Virus record (IMG/VR): IMGVR_UViG_3300029305_003884
Span: 64,001 to 128,000 of that record
DNA: 64,000 bases
Source of the DNA: a virus
Taxonomy: Duplodnaviria > Caudoviricetes
Direction: 5' to 3' (one strand)
Each line of letters begins with the position of its first letter. The stretch's first letter is position 1. Under the pieces are notes generated by a model. That model did no database searches. It saw only the letters and a list, made by a program, of their open reading frames with translations, and was not told the DNA's origin. Below are positions 34,383 through 44,710 of this stretch, one piece after another. The translations under genes and the position numbers were made by a program.

Positions 34383-37300
34383 TCTTCATCATCCATCGGA
34401 ATGAATTCGTTACGCCAATCCGCTTTTCTACGCTTAGTGACTTGGCTATTCTGCTTATCTTCGATTTCTGACAAGACCTTTTTCGAGGTCATGTTATTCG
34501 TATATCCTGTAATCGTTCTATATTGGCGGCCTGTGACCTTAGTTATCTGCGGGTTGGTGGACATTACGATTACAACCATATTCAGCATCGAGATGTTGAA
34601 GAGGATACGCAGTCTGGGGATGATTGCGTTCACCAACTGTTGGTAACCCAAGTTTCCTTCGAATGCGATTTGTATGTTGTCGTTGATGTACTTCTGCATT
34701 TTCTTGATGTCGTCCATATCCAACACTTCTTGCACGGTATATGTACTCTGCCCGGCCAGATTGAAGTTAACGGTGAGCAGGTATACAGTCTCGAACAGGA
34801 TGTCGATTAGATATGCGTTCAGCAAGAAATCGTTCTGGCATCCGAGTCCGCCTTCGTTGTAAAGCTTTCCTGACGGTGACTGTCCTTTTGTCATCCCTTC
34901 TATTTCTTGTGAATTGACGTATCCACGTACAGGGAAACTGGATGCGATACTCGGGTCTTTTCCCATAACGTCTGTACGAACCTTGTTGTACAGCATGATT
35001 ATGTGTTCAGTGAGTGTGAATGAATCTTGGATATCCTTCTTGAACGAATCGTCTGCCATGATGCCCAAGTTCGTCTTCTTCACGCCGTCGAAAATCGTGT
35101 TGATGAGTTTAGTCTTGCTTCCGTTGCGGTTGAACTTGCTAATGAGAGCCTTTCGTGTCTGGTCGTTCAGCATCTTGTTGGTGCGAAGGGCTTCCTTGAT
35201 TTTGCTGCAGCAAGTTTTTGCTGCGTTTTCGTATCTCTCGATTATCTTGTTCAGGAAGTATCCTTGTGCAAGACGGTCGACGGATTCCATTGATTCGTCC
35301 ATACCGAGCATTTCCAACGCCTTTTTGTCAACGGACATGGTGGTGTCATCAACGGTCGGTGCTTCGGCTGGGGGTATGGTGTCGATACCGTAGTCCTGAC
35401 GGATGCGCTCGATAATCTCGTTGAGGTGTCTCAGCTGGAAAACGTATGGCTTGATGCTGCCCTGCAAATCTTCAATCATGCTCACGAATTTTCCGATATG
35501 CTCGAACGAAGTCTTCGCCTTGGATTTATTTTCAATTTTGGTGAAGTGGTTGACTTTCATTTCAGCAGGGCTCATGTGAGTCCATCCGTTATGCTTGTAT
35601 ATGTATGAACAGTTGCGGAGGGCGTCAGGCATCATATTGTGGTAATGGTCGCTCGGGAGTTGCAGCCACTCCATTCCGTCCAGGATGTTCTTGATGGCTG
35701 CGTTATCCGTTTCCAGAGTATACATTCCATCAGATTCCATGAGCAATCCGCTTTGTTCAAGGAAATTGAGTGCCGAGGTAAGTGGGTTGGGGTCGGTCAG
35801 CGTTATAGAAGCAATGATTTTGCCTTCCATCGCTTTTGCCGCCATCAAGTTTACCACGGTCGGCAGGTTGTTTAGGCTGTACGTCTTGCCGCCGCTTTTG
35901 AGCGTGATTGGATGGTGTGTGTTGATATTGGCAGAACGATTCTGGGATGTCCTGCTGTCTGGGTCCATCTGGGCAAGCTTAGAAAGTTGGCTCAGTATGG
36001 TTGCAAACGCCATGACATGTGCGTCACGCTCGACCATTTCCTGATTAACTGATTGGGCCGAGTTGAGGAATTTCTCTCGGAGCTTTTCCATTTCGCTTGC
36101 CTTATCTTGAAGCTCAGGCGGCAACTCGCCCAGTGTAAGGTAGCCGACAAGTCCCTGAATCGTTTCGTAAGGAGAATTGAACAACTCCCTGACGAGGATT
36201 CGGTTTAGGTCATACACAACGGAGTTCGGGTTATTCTTAGGCTCGATTTGGTCTGGAACCTTTTCGGGATGTCCGTTGAGAGTAGCCAACATCTTTGCGA
36301 ACATCAGCTTCTTGGTCTTCTCGACGGTCAGGGTTGTCGAATCGAACGAGTCATCATACTCCTGTTCGAACTTTTCCTCTCCCGTATAATTGTCAATTAC
36401 GCTACCAGCCTCATCACCGCTCTTCATAGTTGCCTTGCCCATTTCCGTCTCGGTTTTCAGCTTATCCTTGATGATACCGAATGTCACGAAGTATTCAGGG
36501 AAAATCGCACGGTATTGTGCCTCGGACATGATGACGGTTCCGAGGTTTCTGTAAGTGCCAGATTCGACTGGTCCAAGATTTTCGATTGCAAGAAGTTTGT
36601 TCAGGGTAGTGACGAACTGGGTATATACGTCGATGCCGTTGCTATCGGTACGGTCCTGTTTTCGAACGCTAACCTCGATGGTGTTCACCGGAGCCGAGCC
36701 GTCCTCCCCTTTGCTCCCTCTTATGTACTTCATGGTACCAGCAAAGCGGTATATACCAGCTGTCTTCAACAGGTTACCAACGTCAGCGGTAGATTTTATC
36801 ATGTCCCTGACCTTCTTCTCGCAACGGTCACGCAAGTCGTCGAAGGAAGAAGTGTCATCATCGGCTTCTTTTAGTTCGGCTGCTTTGCGTATGGCATTGA
36901 GCAGGGTTACATCATTGAGGATATTGTGGTAATCCGACCTGATGGATGCCAAAACGACATTCAGGTCCTGGTTCGTGAAGTTGTTTTTGACCATCTCTGA
37001 GGCGTACATGCTGAGTTGTTTTGTATCTTTGATGATTTCCGCTCTCGGGTAACGGGAGCTTAACACGTTGATGAATTCTTGTGCGCTCGGATGCTTATCT
37101 AGTGTGGCGAGCTTAATGAAATCGTCGCTGACCATGTCGCTTCGTGTGAAACAGGACATGAAATATGCGGCGAGGCCGTCTTTTGCATCAGTGATGTCGT
37201 CAACGAATATCCTCTGCTGCATGTTGAGAAGAGCGTTGTCTATCGTCTTGCCCATGTACAGCTCCATCAAGCTTACTGGACTGAATGGAAGGACGTTGAA

Positions 37301-37546
37301 CTTGGCGTTGGGCTTGTTCGGGTCGACCAGTGTATCCGTGCGGATTTTTGGCATGATGGAGTCGACGACCTGTTCGACGCTGATTGTCGCCTGGTCCTTG
37401 ACCTTGTTTTTGACTAGCGCTTCAACAATGTCCCTTATGTTCTTTTCAGTGTACAACTCATGCAGGAAGCCGTTGTTGTTGGCCTGTCCTAGTACGTGCC
37501 GAATATAGAAAATTAAAGCGTATTCCTTTTGAAGAGTCGTAAACAT
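34379..37546 (-). CDS. Large hypothetical helical late protein (1055 aa)
   Basis: Late box TATAAACTA at 37569-37577 (minus); GAGGA RBS. Confidence 0.7.
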   Translation of the reverse strand: MFTTLQKEYALIFYIRHVLGQANNNGFLHELYTEKNIRDIVEALVKNKVKDQATISVEQVVDSIMPKIRTDTLVDPNKPNAKFNVLPFSPVSLMELYMGKTIDNALLNMQQRIFVDDITDAKDGLAAYFMSCFTRSDMVSDDFIKLATLDKHPSAQEFINVLSSRYPRAEIIKDTKQLSMYASEMVKNNFTNQDLNVVLASIRSDYHNILNDVTLLNAIRKAAELKEADDDTSSFDDLRDRCEKKVRDMIKSTADVGNLLKTAGIYRFAGTMKYIRGSKGEDGSAPVNTIEVSVRKQDRTDSNGIDVYTQFVTTLNKLLAIENLGPVESGTYRNLGTVIMSEAQYRAIFPEYFVTFGIIKDKLKTETEMGKATMKSGDEAGSVIDNYTGEEKFEQEYDDSFDSTTLTVEKTKKLMFAKMLATLNGHPEKVPDQIEPKNNPNSVVYDLNRILVRELFNSPYETIQGLVGYLTLGELPPELQDKASEMEKLREKFLNSAQSVNQEMVERDAHVMAFATILSQLSKLAQMDPDSRTSQNRSANINTHHPITLKSGGKTYSLNNLPTVVNLMAAKAMEGKIIASITLTDPNPLTSALNFLEQSGLLMESDGMYTLETDNAAIKNILDGMEWLQLPSDHYHNMMPDALRNCSYIYKHNGWTHMSPAEMKVNHFTKIENKSKAKTSFEHIGKFVSMIEDLQGSIKPYVFQLRHLNEIIERIRQDYGIDTIPPAEAPTVDDTTMSVDKKALEMLGMDESMESVDRLAQGYFLNKIIERYENAAKTCCSKIKEALRTNKMLNDQTRKALISKFNRNGSKTKLINTIFDGVKKTNLGIMADDSFKKDIQDSFTLTEHIIMLYNKVRTDVMGKDPSIASSFPVRGYVNSQEIEGMTKGQSPSGKLYNEGGLGCQNDFLLNAYLIDILFETVYLLTVNFNLAGQSTYTVQEVLDMDDIKKMQKYINDNIQIAFEGNLGYQQLVNAIIPRLRILFNISMLNMVVIVMSTNPQITKVTGRQYRTITGYTNNMTSKKVLSEIEDKQNSQVTKRRKADWRNEFIPMDDED

Positions 37547-37587
37547 GGGATATCCTCTTAATTAACTCTAGTTTATACTTTTTTGGT

Positions 37588-37616
37588 TGACAAGCCGCTT
37601 GGAAAAGACTATATTG
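37588..37616 (+). promoter_or_regulatory. Sigma70-type promoter TTGACA-N17-TATATT (rnh)
   Basis: ttgaca-agccgcttggaaaagac-tatatt. Confidence 0.7.
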
Positions 37617-37635
37617 TCAAATTAGGAGTTTAATT

Positions 37636-39051
37636 ATGATAAATACCCATTCTACTTACAAGTACGACACAAACAGGCTCATGGTGATAGACTGGTCGTC
37701 CATCGCCCACCAGAACATCCATTCGATTCAGGCTGCAGAGAAGGCGGGAGACGATTACGGAATCCAGACTAAGGAAGACGAACTTCGTCTATGGCGGAAC
37801 AAGATGGTCACCTCGATGAACGACTTGATTCAGCGGTTCAATCCCCTTGATATCATCATTGCCGTCGACGATAAGTCTTGGCGAAAAGATTTCGTCAAGG
37901 AGTATTACGGTAAGCATACCATCGTCTATTACGACGAGACCTACCTGTACACCGAGACGGAAAACTATGCATACCGCATAGGAAAGCCAGACAAGACCAA
38001 GGAAGAGTACACCGTCGATAGGATTGCTGTGAAGGATTACAAGACGTTCAGGGATAAGCCGCACAAGCTTCTCAATGAACTCTCGCCCGCAAAGCAGGAA
38101 ACCTTGTGGAATCTCTATGAAATCAGCAAAAAGTCCAAGAACGAGAGTAAGACGCCAATCATTCCCAGCTACAAGGGAAAGAGAAAGTACAGTGAATGGA
38201 CTGCCATCACGCCTAAGGCCGAATGGCAGGCGTACAAGGATAAGTTCGCCCTTGACCTAGCCAAGTACTACCGTGCGGTCGCAATCCAGGTGAGCGGTGC
38301 CGAAGGTGACGATGTTATCTACGGTGCGGTCACGTCGTTGCAGGACAAGTACAGTAGCATCGTTGTTGTCACGAGAGATAGTGACATGATGCAGATTGAA
38401 TGCAAAAAAGCGGTGTTCTATGACCACCTGAACGGCAATTTCCTTTCCTGCGAATCCCCGTCCGACTACCTCATCGCTAAAATCGTCTCTGGCGACAGTA
38501 GCGACAATATCCATGGCATGTGCTTGCCTAACCCGAAGACACCAGGTTTCCCGAAGGCGACCTGCGTGGGCAAGGATGGCGCACCGAAGTTCGTCAAGGA
38601 GTGCGGCGATGTATATGAGACGGCGAAGCGTGACGGATGGCTCGACCAGTTCATGAGGAACAAGACCCTTATCGACCTCAGTTGCAGTCCTGTTGAACTC
38701 AAGACGGCGATTACCGAGGCATGTAGCCGTGTCGGAACGAGCGAGCTTGCCCCTGCCGAGGCCATGGAAAACATTGGCATCACGAAACACCAGATTGATT
38801 TCATCAAGAACCTGCGTGGCCGTGGATTCTATTCATTTAACCCGAGAAGCGATATTGAAAATTGCAATAGGCTGTTTGAGGGTGATAGGAATGCCCAGTC
38901 GGCAAAGATAGACCGAATCCAGGAAGACCTGACTTCCCCGATTTCGGCGGTGCCTGTTTCTACTCTGGTAGGCAATCAGGCTCAACCTGTCCCAGACTTC
39001 AATGTCGGCAACGCATTTGCAAGCCCGTTTGGCGACGACCCACCGTTTTAG
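37636..39051 (+). CDS. rnh: T4 RNase H / FEN-like 5'-3' exonuclease
   Basis: VID, SWRK, YKGKR, EGDD, TRDSD..Q, GD.SDNI. Confidence 0.88.
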   Translation: MINTHSTYKYDTNRLMVIDWSSIAHQNIHSIQAAEKAGDDYGIQTKEDELRLWRNKMVTSMNDLIQRFNPLDIIIAVDDKSWRKDFVKEYYGKHTIVYYDETYLYTETENYAYRIGKPDKTKEEYTVDRIAVKDYKTFRDKPHKLLNELSPAKQETLWNLYEISKKSKNESKTPIIPSYKGKRKYSEWTAITPKAEWQAYKDKFALDLAKYYRAVAIQVSGAEGDDVIYGAVTSLQDKYSSIVVVTRDSDMMQIECKKAVFYDHLNGNFLSCESPSDYLIAKIVSGDSSDNIHGMCLPNPKTPGFPKATCVGKDGAPKFVKECGDVYETAKRDGWLDQFMRNKTLIDLSCSPVELKTAITEACSRVGTSELAPAEAMENIGITKHQIDFIKNLRGRGFYSFNPRSDIENCNRLFEGDRNAQSAKIDRIQEDLTSPISAVPVSTLVGNQAQPVPDFNVGNAFASPFGDDPPF

Positions 39052-39150
39052 CATTTATTGTTCGACTCATCAGGGTGTCGGGCGGATTTCCGTCCGACAT
39101 TTCTGTTTGGAAAAATGTAATTTATTGTTGAAATATAACGGGATAATATC

Positions 39151-40506
39151 ATGAATCCACGAGTCTATCTATTGGCCAGAGTAGCCAAACAGTCCAAAAT
39201 GAAGTTCAAGATGTGGTGTAAGTACCATGAAAACATTGGATTTCGTAAAATTTACATCTTTACCAACGATGAACCCGAATGGTTCCAGGAAGCCAAGAAG
39301 GAAGTCATCGAATCTAGCGACCGTTTCGTGTTCATCAAGCCTGACGAAAGGTGGAGGAAGGTGAGTGAAATCGTCAAGGCGTTTCTCAAACACTGTGGAA
39401 ACGGTGACTGGGGTATGCTCCTGTCAACTGACGAATACATCTTTACGGAAAAGCGTGACAAGTTCAATGTCGGCAACCTCGTCGGCTACGTCATCCAGAG
39501 GCTTCATGCCCGTTCCGTTACGCTCTACAAGGAATACGTCAGGGAAAACGATGGTTTCGAGTTCAAGGCAAAGGATTATGACACTTACAGCATGGACGAC
39601 GAGAAGTTCCCTGTGGCCAGCACTATACTGTTCAGCGTTCAGGATGTAAACAGCAACCCGTTGTCTAGTCCGTTCACCCCAGCAAACCAGGCTCAGTGGA
39701 TTGACTCCCGCTGGCAGCCGATGAACAAGGACATCCTGACTACGCAGGTGCCGAGGTTTACCGAATGTGCCGTCCGTGTAATCAAGCTCCTTGAAGCCGA
39801 TGCCGTGGACGAAGAATCCGACAAGAGTTTCGATGTGAAGGCAACCGCTTTCTGGCAGTATTACCTCTACAAGTTCCCTGAAATCACCCCGAGATTCCCG
39901 CCGAAGGCTACCAAGGCAAAGGAGGAATTGGAGACGAAGATTCAGGAAATCGCCGAGGAGTCCAAGGTGGAAGCTCCTGCCGAAGAAAAGGTCGAATACA
40001 ACCTCGATGGCGAACTGATTGGCCGTGTGATTGCCGCTATCTTGAACGGAAGTGACTATGCCAAGGTTCTTGAAGACATCCATGCGGCAAGACTCCCTGT
40101 GTCGGACGATGCTGTCAAAATTGTCTACGAACGTGAATGCTACAACATCATCGAAGGAAGCGAACCGTTCCAGCGTTTGCTGCAGCTTTTGACCGAAGGT
40201 GCAAAGCCGCAGGCAATCATGAAGGAACTGCACGTTTCCCCGAAGAACTTGAAGAAGTGGCGTGAAATGCTTGAAAGCATCCCGCCTGAAATCAAGGCGA
40301 AGTTCGACAAGGCTGAATCCGAAGAGTCAACCGTCGCTGTCGAGGAAGAACTGGTTCCTGTTGCGGTAGAAGAGAAGAAGCCGAAAAAGAGGGGCCGCAA
40401 GAAGAAGGATGCTCCCGTTACCGTGGAAGATATCGACAACGGTATCCAGCCTGGAACGAAGGACTGCCCCGTAGAGGAAATTCCGACAGATTCACAGGAA
40501 GAATAA
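39151..40506 (+). CDS. GT92/GT2-like domain fused to an HTH-like segment and acidic tail
   Basis: W..YH..IGF..IYIF.N and W.MLL..DEY motifs; KPQAIMKELHVSPKNLKKW resembles an HTH. Confidence 0.5.
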   Translation: MNPRVYLLARVAKQSKMKFKMWCKYHENIGFRKIYIFTNDEPEWFQEAKKEVIESSDRFVFIKPDERWRKVSEIVKAFLKHCGNGDWGMLLSTDEYIFTEKRDKFNVGNLVGYVIQRLHARSVTLYKEYVRENDGFEFKAKDYDTYSMDDEKFPVASTILFSVQDVNSNPLSSPFTPANQAQWIDSRWQPMNKDILTTQVPRFTECAVRVIKLLEADAVDEESDKSFDVKATAFWQYYLYKFPEITPRFPPKATKAKEELETKIQEIAEESKVEAPAEEKVEYNLDGELIGRVIAAILNGSDYAKVLEDIHAARLPVSDDAVKIVYERECYNIIEGSEPFQRLLQLLTEGAKPQAIMKELHVSPKNLKKWREMLESIPPEIKAKFDKAESEESTVAVEEELVPVAVEEKKPKKRGRKKKDAPVTVEDIDNGIQPGTKDCPVEEIPTDSQEE

Positions 40507-40535
40507 CGGAATAGCCTGAAAACAATATATTTTTA

Positions 40536-40991
40536 ATGGGAATCCAGTGGATTCCCATTTTTGTTGGAGATACGATGACGGAAGATAATTTCAAGAATAC
40601 AGTTTTGCCTATGGCCGAGAAGTATATCACCATACCCGATGCCGTTCCAGAAGTCGTCGAGTACTTGAGACATGTCTCGAACTACGAATACACTTTCGCC
40701 CGTTTTGTGGACGAGGAAACCCGTCTTATTGCTGAAATGAAGTTGACAAAGGACGATATCCTGTCCGAAGTCACGGAAAAGCACAAGTTCAAGACAATTC
40801 CCCGCTACACGAACAATACGCTCCTCATGAACCGAATCAATGGAGACCCCCGCCTCGTGGACTGGAACGGGAAGATTGCCGAGCAGGAGGAATACCTTAG
40901 CTCGATGAAGAACGTTCTGAGCATCATCCGAGAGAACAGGTTTGCTTGCCAGAAGATTCTTGACCATGAGGTCTCGGTCGGACACCAGTAA
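40536..40991 (+). CDS. uvsY: UvsY-like recombination mediator (start uncertain)
   Basis: Helical ~150-aa protein with I.GD..L....K......L....I..R.F pattern, directly upstream of uvsX. Confidence 0.55.
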   Translation: MGIQWIPIFVGDTMTEDNFKNTVLPMAEKYITIPDAVPEVVEYLRHVSNYEYTFARFVDEETRLIAEMKLTKDDILSEVTEKHKFKTIPRYTNNTLLMNRINGDPRLVDWNGKIAEQEEYLSSMKNVLSIIRENRFACQKILDHEVSVGHQ

Positions 40992-41077
40992 TCTTATAAA
41001 CATAGAATGTCAACACATTAGCAAGTCTGAAGACCATGACCCCCTGGGTTGAACGTCGAACCAGACAGGAGTACAAT

Positions 41078-42334
41078 ATGTCTAAATTGACAGACAGGTT
41101 GAAGGCAAATAAAGCCTTCGCAGAAAACATCATTAGCAAGAACGAACCAGTCGAATACATTGGTTCAGGAATCCCAGTTCTTGATATCCTTTTCAGTGGT
41201 ATGATTGGCCACGGTATCAAGAAAGGCCACATGACGGAAATCGCAGCCCCGTCTACAATGGGTAAGTCCCTCATCGGTCTTTACTATCTCGCCACTGCTT
41301 ATCACGCTGGCATGGACTGCCTCGTAGTATCGTCGGAAGGCGCATTCAACTTTACGTTGGCCCAGCGTCTCGGTGTGAATACTGACGACATCGTTGTGTT
41401 CGAGTCCAAGTATATCCACCAAATCAACGAATTTATCACTAATGCCCAGAAGGAGATGAGCCGTAAGGAACGTCACGAAGTGTTCCTCCTGTTCGACTCT
41501 TGGGGCCCGATTATCTCCTTGCAGCGTGTCGAAGCCATTGAAAAGCAGACGGGTAAGGACAAACCGACTGCCGACATGGGTCAGACCGCTATCAAGAAGA
41601 ACGAACTCGCCAAGCTGATTAACGCATCCGAGTTCACTTCACTTATCATCAACCACGTTTACGACTCCCTCGAACAGTACAAGGACCCGAAGAATATCCC
41701 TGGTGGTTGCGAACTGTACTTCAACAGCGATGCCATCGTGCTTGTTTGTACGAATGGAAGAGCCTACAAGTCGAAGAACGAGTCTTCCAAGATTGGTAAG
41801 ATTGGTAAGATTGCCACCGCCCAGATTAAGAAGGGTCGTGACGGTATGGAAAACCGCACCTGCGAATACCGTATCCTTACGAACGGTGGTATCGACCGCT
41901 GGTATGGTCTTGTCGACGATGCGATTGCCGCTGGTGTTGCCGTTGTAACGCCGAAGGGTAATAAGGGCACATTCGTGCATCGTCCTGACTACGACATCGA
42001 CAAGGAAACTGGCGAACTTCTCCGTGAGTTCCGCTGGACGGATGACGATAGCGACCAGTGCAACACCAAGGAGTTCATGGAACCGCTGGTAAGCGACCCG
42101 AAGTTCCTTGCTTACATCGAGAAGGCATACATGTACGATGTGTCTCTCTTCGCCCGTGACCTCGTGGGTGACATGCCCGCCCCGATTTCCGAGGAAGAAG
42201 CCACCAAGAAGAAGGCCCGTAAGAGCAAGTTGAAGGCTGAAGCTGCAGCAACCCCGAAGAACATCAGCGACGAAATCGAAGGTGTTCAGGAAGAGACCGC
42301 AGCCGAGATTGCCGCAAAGGGCACTCAGGCTTAA
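41078..42334 (+). CDS. uvsX: UvsX/RecA-like recombinase
   Basis: SG...LD...SG, Walker A APSTMGKS, SEGA, FDS, INHVY, PGG; AGGAG RBS. Confidence 0.9.
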   Translation: MSKLTDRLKANKAFAENIISKNEPVEYIGSGIPVLDILFSGMIGHGIKKGHMTEIAAPSTMGKSLIGLYYLATAYHAGMDCLVVSSEGAFNFTLAQRLGVNTDDIVVFESKYIHQINEFITNAQKEMSRKERHEVFLLFDSWGPIISLQRVEAIEKQTGKDKPTADMGQTAIKKNELAKLINASEFTSLIINHVYDSLEQYKDPKNIPGGCELYFNSDAIVLVCTNGRAYKSKNESSKIGKIGKIATAQIKKGRDGMENRTCEYRILTNGGIDRWYGLVDDAIAAGVAVVTPKGNKGTFVHRPDYDIDKETGELLREFRWTDDDSDQCNTKEFMEPLVSDPKFLAYIEKAYMYDVSLFARDLVGDMPAPISEEEATKKKARKSKLKAEAAATPKNISDEIEGVQEETAAEIAAKGTQA

Positions 42335-42350
42335 TTAAAAGTACCTAATT

Positions 42351-42388
42351 AAAACCAGGCGGTTTCCCGTATTCCGCCTGGTTTTTTA
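42351..42388 (+). terminator. Rho-independent terminator
   Basis: AAAACCAGGCGG...CCGCCTGGTTTTTT. Confidence 0.75.
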
Positions 42389-42454
42389 TCTTGCCAATCT
42401 TGTATTTATAATGTATTTTTAGACTGCAATATATTATAACCGAAGGAATTTTTT

Positions 42455-43966
42455 ATGGTAGTAGCAGACTTAAACGATGAAGAATATGTCCTGCGGTGTT
42501 TCTTTGAAGATGAAAATGTCCGTCTGCGTATAACGGACAAGATAAAAGAAGAGAATTTTGAAGATAAGGCGGACAAGCAGATTGTCCACCTCGTTCACTC
42601 GTTTAATAGAAAGTATGGTCGTTATCCTACTGCACAGGAACTTGTAACTGGATTAAATCAGAACCCAGGATACAGCGATGAAGCCAAGGAACAGCTCCTG
42701 AAGATTACTAAGCCTATTGGCGTTATCGCACCAGACGTTAAGAAGAAAATCATTGAGGATTATTTCAAGTTCAAGGTGTCACAGAGGCTTATGGAGGAAT
42801 ATGCCCTCCACATGCACGGAAAGGACCCGAATGCAATGCGTGGTATCATGCCGAAGTTGCAGGATGCGTTGAACTTCAAGCTGAGTACAAACATGGGTAT
42901 TCACTACATCCGTGACGCTAAGTTCGCAAAGTCGAAGCTCGGTGACATGGAAAAGAGTATCCCTTCCAAGATTGGTGCAATCAGGCAATACACAAGTGAA
43001 GCTCCTGAATCTCAGGGAACTTGCGGTGGATATTTCCGCAAGTGTTTGAGCGTTGTCGGTGGTACATCTGGTGGCGGTAAATCCATGTTCATGGTGAACG
43101 AGGCTGCCTTTGCTGCAACCTTGGGCTACAACGTGGTTTACATCAGTCTTGAACTTGATGCCGCCAAGATTTGGGAACGTGTCACTAGCTCGTTGCTCAA
43201 TGTTTCCCGTTACGACATTGCCAAGATGACGGATGAGGAAGTTATCGTCAAGTTGCAGGATACACACGACCCGTCGATAACTGCTCCTGGAAACCTGTAT
43301 ATCAACTGGATGCCTACCCGTAAGACGACGCCTGACGATATCGAGGGTTACCTGAACGAACTGGAACAGGTGGAAGGCGTAAAGATTGACTTCCTTGTGG
43401 TTGACTATATCGGTATTATCAGTCCGAACGCAGGTACATACAGTTCGTATGACGGAAGCTACCAGAAAATTCTGTATGCTGCCGAACAGTTGAGAAACAT
43501 GGCCGTCAACAGGGATATGGCTGTTCTTACTGGAACCCAGATGCAGCGTGCTGGCTACCGTATGAAGGATATCGGCATGGACCAGACGGCTGGTTCCATG
43601 GGTCTTGGCGATACGGCTGACGTCTACTACATCATTGTCCATGACGTTGCGTTAAAGCGTGCTGGCTTCCTGACTGTCACGATAGGAAAGAACCGAATGG
43701 GCTCGTCGGATGTCCAGTTCAACGTGAGGGTCGACTGGCCGCACATGTGTATCAGCGATGTTCTACCAGAGGATGCCGACATTATCAATAGCATAATGAT
43801 GGAATCCATTGCACAGGAAGCGATGGCGGCGAACGGGCAGCGGAGGCCGCCACAAGTACAACAGCCTCAGCAACCGCAGCTGCAGCAGCCACAGGAGCAA
43901 CCTCGGAAGAAAAAGGAGAAGCCGATAGACCCATCGTTTGCCAATGTGGCCCAGAACTACTTTTAA
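42455..43966 (+). CDS. gp41: Replicative DnaB-like helicase
   Basis: GGGKS Walker A, YISLE, VVDY, TGTQ..R, S.GL..TAD, KNR.G. Confidence 0.9.
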   Translation: MVVADLNDEEYVLRCFFEDENVRLRITDKIKEENFEDKADKQIVHLVHSFNRKYGRYPTAQELVTGLNQNPGYSDEAKEQLLKITKPIGVIAPDVKKKIIEDYFKFKVSQRLMEEYALHMHGKDPNAMRGIMPKLQDALNFKLSTNMGIHYIRDAKFAKSKLGDMEKSIPSKIGAIRQYTSEAPESQGTCGGYFRKCLSVVGGTSGGGKSMFMVNEAAFAATLGYNVVYISLELDAAKIWERVTSSLLNVSRYDIAKMTDEEVIVKLQDTHDPSITAPGNLYINWMPTRKTTPDDIEGYLNELEQVEGVKIDFLVVDYIGIISPNAGTYSSYDGSYQKILYAAEQLRNMAVNRDMAVLTGTQMQRAGYRMKDIGMDQTAGSMGLGDTADVYYIIVHDVALKRAGFLTVTIGKNRMGSSDVQFNVRVDWPHMCISDVLPEDADIINSIMMESIAQEAMAANGQRRPPQVQQPQQPQLQQPQEQPRKKKEKPIDPSFANVAQNYF

Positions 43967-43981
43967 ACACAGGAGTTAAAA

Positions 43982-44185
43982 ATGACGGAAGACTATTTTG
44001 TGAAGAACAGGGAAACCGTGCAGGTTGTCCCGTATGCCCTGTATGATACATTGCATGCTCTCGGGTTGGACGGATGCGAGTGTATAGTGTCCAAGGAAGA
44101 CGGTCACCTCGTTGTGCACTACTGCAAGCGTCCTAAGGTCAGTTGTACCGATGAACCTACATCAGGTGCTGTAAACTGCCCGTAG
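43982..44185 (+). CDS. Small hypothetical protein
   Basis: AGGAG RBS. Confidence 0.55.
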   Translation: MTEDYFVKNRETVQVVPYALYDTLHALGLDGCECIVSKEDGHLVVHYCKRPKVSCTDEPTSGAVNCP

Positions 44186-44295
44186 ATTACGGTTTAACGT
44201 GGCTTCCAAAACACGGCATTAAAGCTAGCAGCACTTTTGGTGGGCATAGCCTTTAAAAATGTATTTTACCCAGTAGATTGAACTACTGGGTATTT

Positions 44296-44709
44296 ATGTT
44301 TACCGTTTTAGACGAACACCAGAGGCAGATGATTTGCGGAAAGATTAAGGCGATGTTTTCGACTCCGTCCGCAGTTGATGGGACATGCGGACTGTTCAGC
44401 ATGCCCGAGCAGTTGATTAAGGACAGGGCGGCGTATTTCAACGAATGCGTCGAGTCGGTCTACCAGCTTTTACACGAAGGGAACTCCCAAATCGGGATGT
44501 TCGAGGTCGTGTCGAGCCTTGACGAGTATTTCGACATTGAGTTCCTTGTCAAGAATGTCTTCTCGGACGAAATCATTGAGTCGATAGTCGACCAGATTGC
44601 CGACACTTTCGAGAAGGCGAAGCGGGATGGCCGGTTGAACATGGATGAGTCCAGTTTGCCGCCTGGATTGAAGGAAAGGATTATAGCACGTTTGGAAAAG
44701 AGGGGTTAG
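44296..44709 (+). CDS. Hypothetical protein, possibly a gp33-like late co-activator
   Basis: Acidic helical protein of similar size, upstream of gp32 as in T4; motif resemblance is weak. Confidence 0.35.
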   Translation: MFTVLDEHQRQMICGKIKAMFSTPSAVDGTCGLFSMPEQLIKDRAAYFNECVESVYQLLHEGNSQIGMFEVVSSLDEYFDIEFLVKNVFSDEIIESIVDQIADTFEKAKRDGRLNMDESSLPPGLKERIIARLEKRG

Positions 44710-44710
44710 C

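Noticed and set aside
41789-41813. 9-bp tandem repeat AAGATTGGT (KIGKIGKI) in uvsX
   Set aside because: In-frame micro-duplication with no evidence of function.
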